From: a virus
Lineage: Duplodnaviria > Heunggongvirae > Uroviricota > Caudoviricetes
Virus record (IMG/VR): IMGVR_UViG_2645727715_000009
DNA length: 7,439 bases
Direction: 5' to 3' (one strand)
The notes under the pieces were generated by a model. It saw only the letters and a list, made by a program, of their open reading frames with translations, searched no databases and had not been told where the DNA came from. Positions 6,905-7,439 of the stretch are shown here, one piece after another (position 1 is the first letter of the stretch; each line of letters starts with the position of its first letter). The position numbers were made by a program, and so were the translations under genes.

Positions 6905-7439
6905 TTATCTAAAAGTCTTTCCACTTTTAACGTCTAGATATATTCTGTTCGACAACGTCATTCCTCCGCAATATGTGAAATAGATGTTTTCACCCTTATT
7001 GCTTGATGCCATCCACCCTCCGATTTCCTTAAAATCGCTTTCCGTGCAGACCCCTTCATTTATTAACTTCCTAGCTGCCGAAGAAAACTCTTTTTTGTAT
7101 ATACGGTAGTCATCAGATCCTTTGATTAAAGTATCATCTCCGCTCGCATTTTCAGCAGGATCTGATGGCCTTTCACTGCTAAGATCACTAAGTTTAACCC
7201 ATTCTGAAAACTTGCCATTAACGATTCCATTTTTTCTTGTGCAGGATTTATTACCTTCTTTAATATATTCGCTTTCCCCTCCAACACATGAGGCTGAATA
7301 TGGCTCAGTTATACGAACCCATTCACCTTTTTTTTTTCTAGAAAATCTACGCCTTCCCTGAAAAAAAAAATAGTTTCCCAGCCACTCCACATTTACTTGA
7401 AGGGCAGGTATGTCTTTCCGTTCGATCAACAACAACCCA
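6905..7439 (-). CDS. Hypothetical prophage accessory protein, 5'-partial (frame open to the window edge); at least 177 codons; AT-rich
   Basis: Minus-strand ORF ending at TAA (6905-6907). The M in the ORF track is a TTG at 7433-7435, but the codon upstream of it (GGG) is also open, so the real start probably lies beyond the window. No motif I can assign. Contains T10 and A10 runs near its 5' end. Confidence 0.6.
   Translation of the reverse strand, partial: GLLLIERKDIPALQVNVEWLGNYFFFQGRRRFSRKKKGEWVRITEPYSASCVGGESEYIKEGNKSCTRKNGIVNGKFSEWVKLSDLSSERPSDPAENASGDDTLIKGSDDYRIYKKEFSSAARKLINEGVCTESDFKEIGGWMASSNKGENIYFTYCGGMTLSNRIYLDVKSGKTFR
7328..7370. repeat. Inverted homopolymer pair T10 (7328-7337) - 23 nt - A10 (7361-7370) inside the partial ORF
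   Basis: Counted directly. On the coding (minus) strand this is T10 (codons YFFFQ) followed by A10 (codons RKKKG). An XbaI-type palindrome TCTAGA lies between them. Confidence 0.9.

Larger units (their letters stand above)
4170..7439. mobile_element. Left end of an integrated lambda-type (lambdoid) prophage: attL, int, xis, early-left accessory region; continues past the window end
   Basis: attL core and P' arm, lambda Int and Xis proteins with the characteristic 23-bp int/xis overlap, followed by leftward-transcribed accessory ORFs. Confidence 0.9.

Noticed and set aside
7122-7361. 79-aa plus-strand ORF antisense to the 5'-partial accessory ORF
   Set aside because: Shadow ORF; translation is Leu/Ser/Pro-rich, and it spans the homopolymer tract without a convincing start context.
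7433-7435. TTG taken by the ORF track as the start of the 176-aa ORF
   Set aside because: The preceding codon (7436-7438) is also open, and no SD precedes the TTG; the gene more likely starts beyond the window edge.

Overview
E. coli-type chromosomal segment spanning the classic phage lambda attachment locus, with the left end of an integrated lambda-type prophage. Host side (1-4160): 3' end of a membrane transporter gene (ybhI-like, +), an aconitase-family hydratase gene (ybhJ-like, +), a REP/BIME repeat cluster, and the convergent lipoprotein/pectinesterase-fold gene ybhC (-). At 4170-4184 the 15-bp lambda core GCTTTTTTATACTAA followed by a P' arm marks attL; int (4258-5328, -) and xis (5306-5524, -) follow. 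Beyond xis (5525-7439) lies an AT-rich accessory stretch: a DUF2513-like gene with its own predicted promoter, palindrome and terminator; a 112-codon frame split by one in-frame TGA (basic N-part, Cys4 zinc-ribbon-like C-part); a hairpin terminator; and a 5'-truncated ORF containing T10 and A10 tracts. This xis-distal module is the best candidate for an undescribed accessory or defence function, but nothing in it could be assigned to a known system from sequence alone. Gene names on the host side rest on motif reading plus remembered K-12 gene order, not on a database search.
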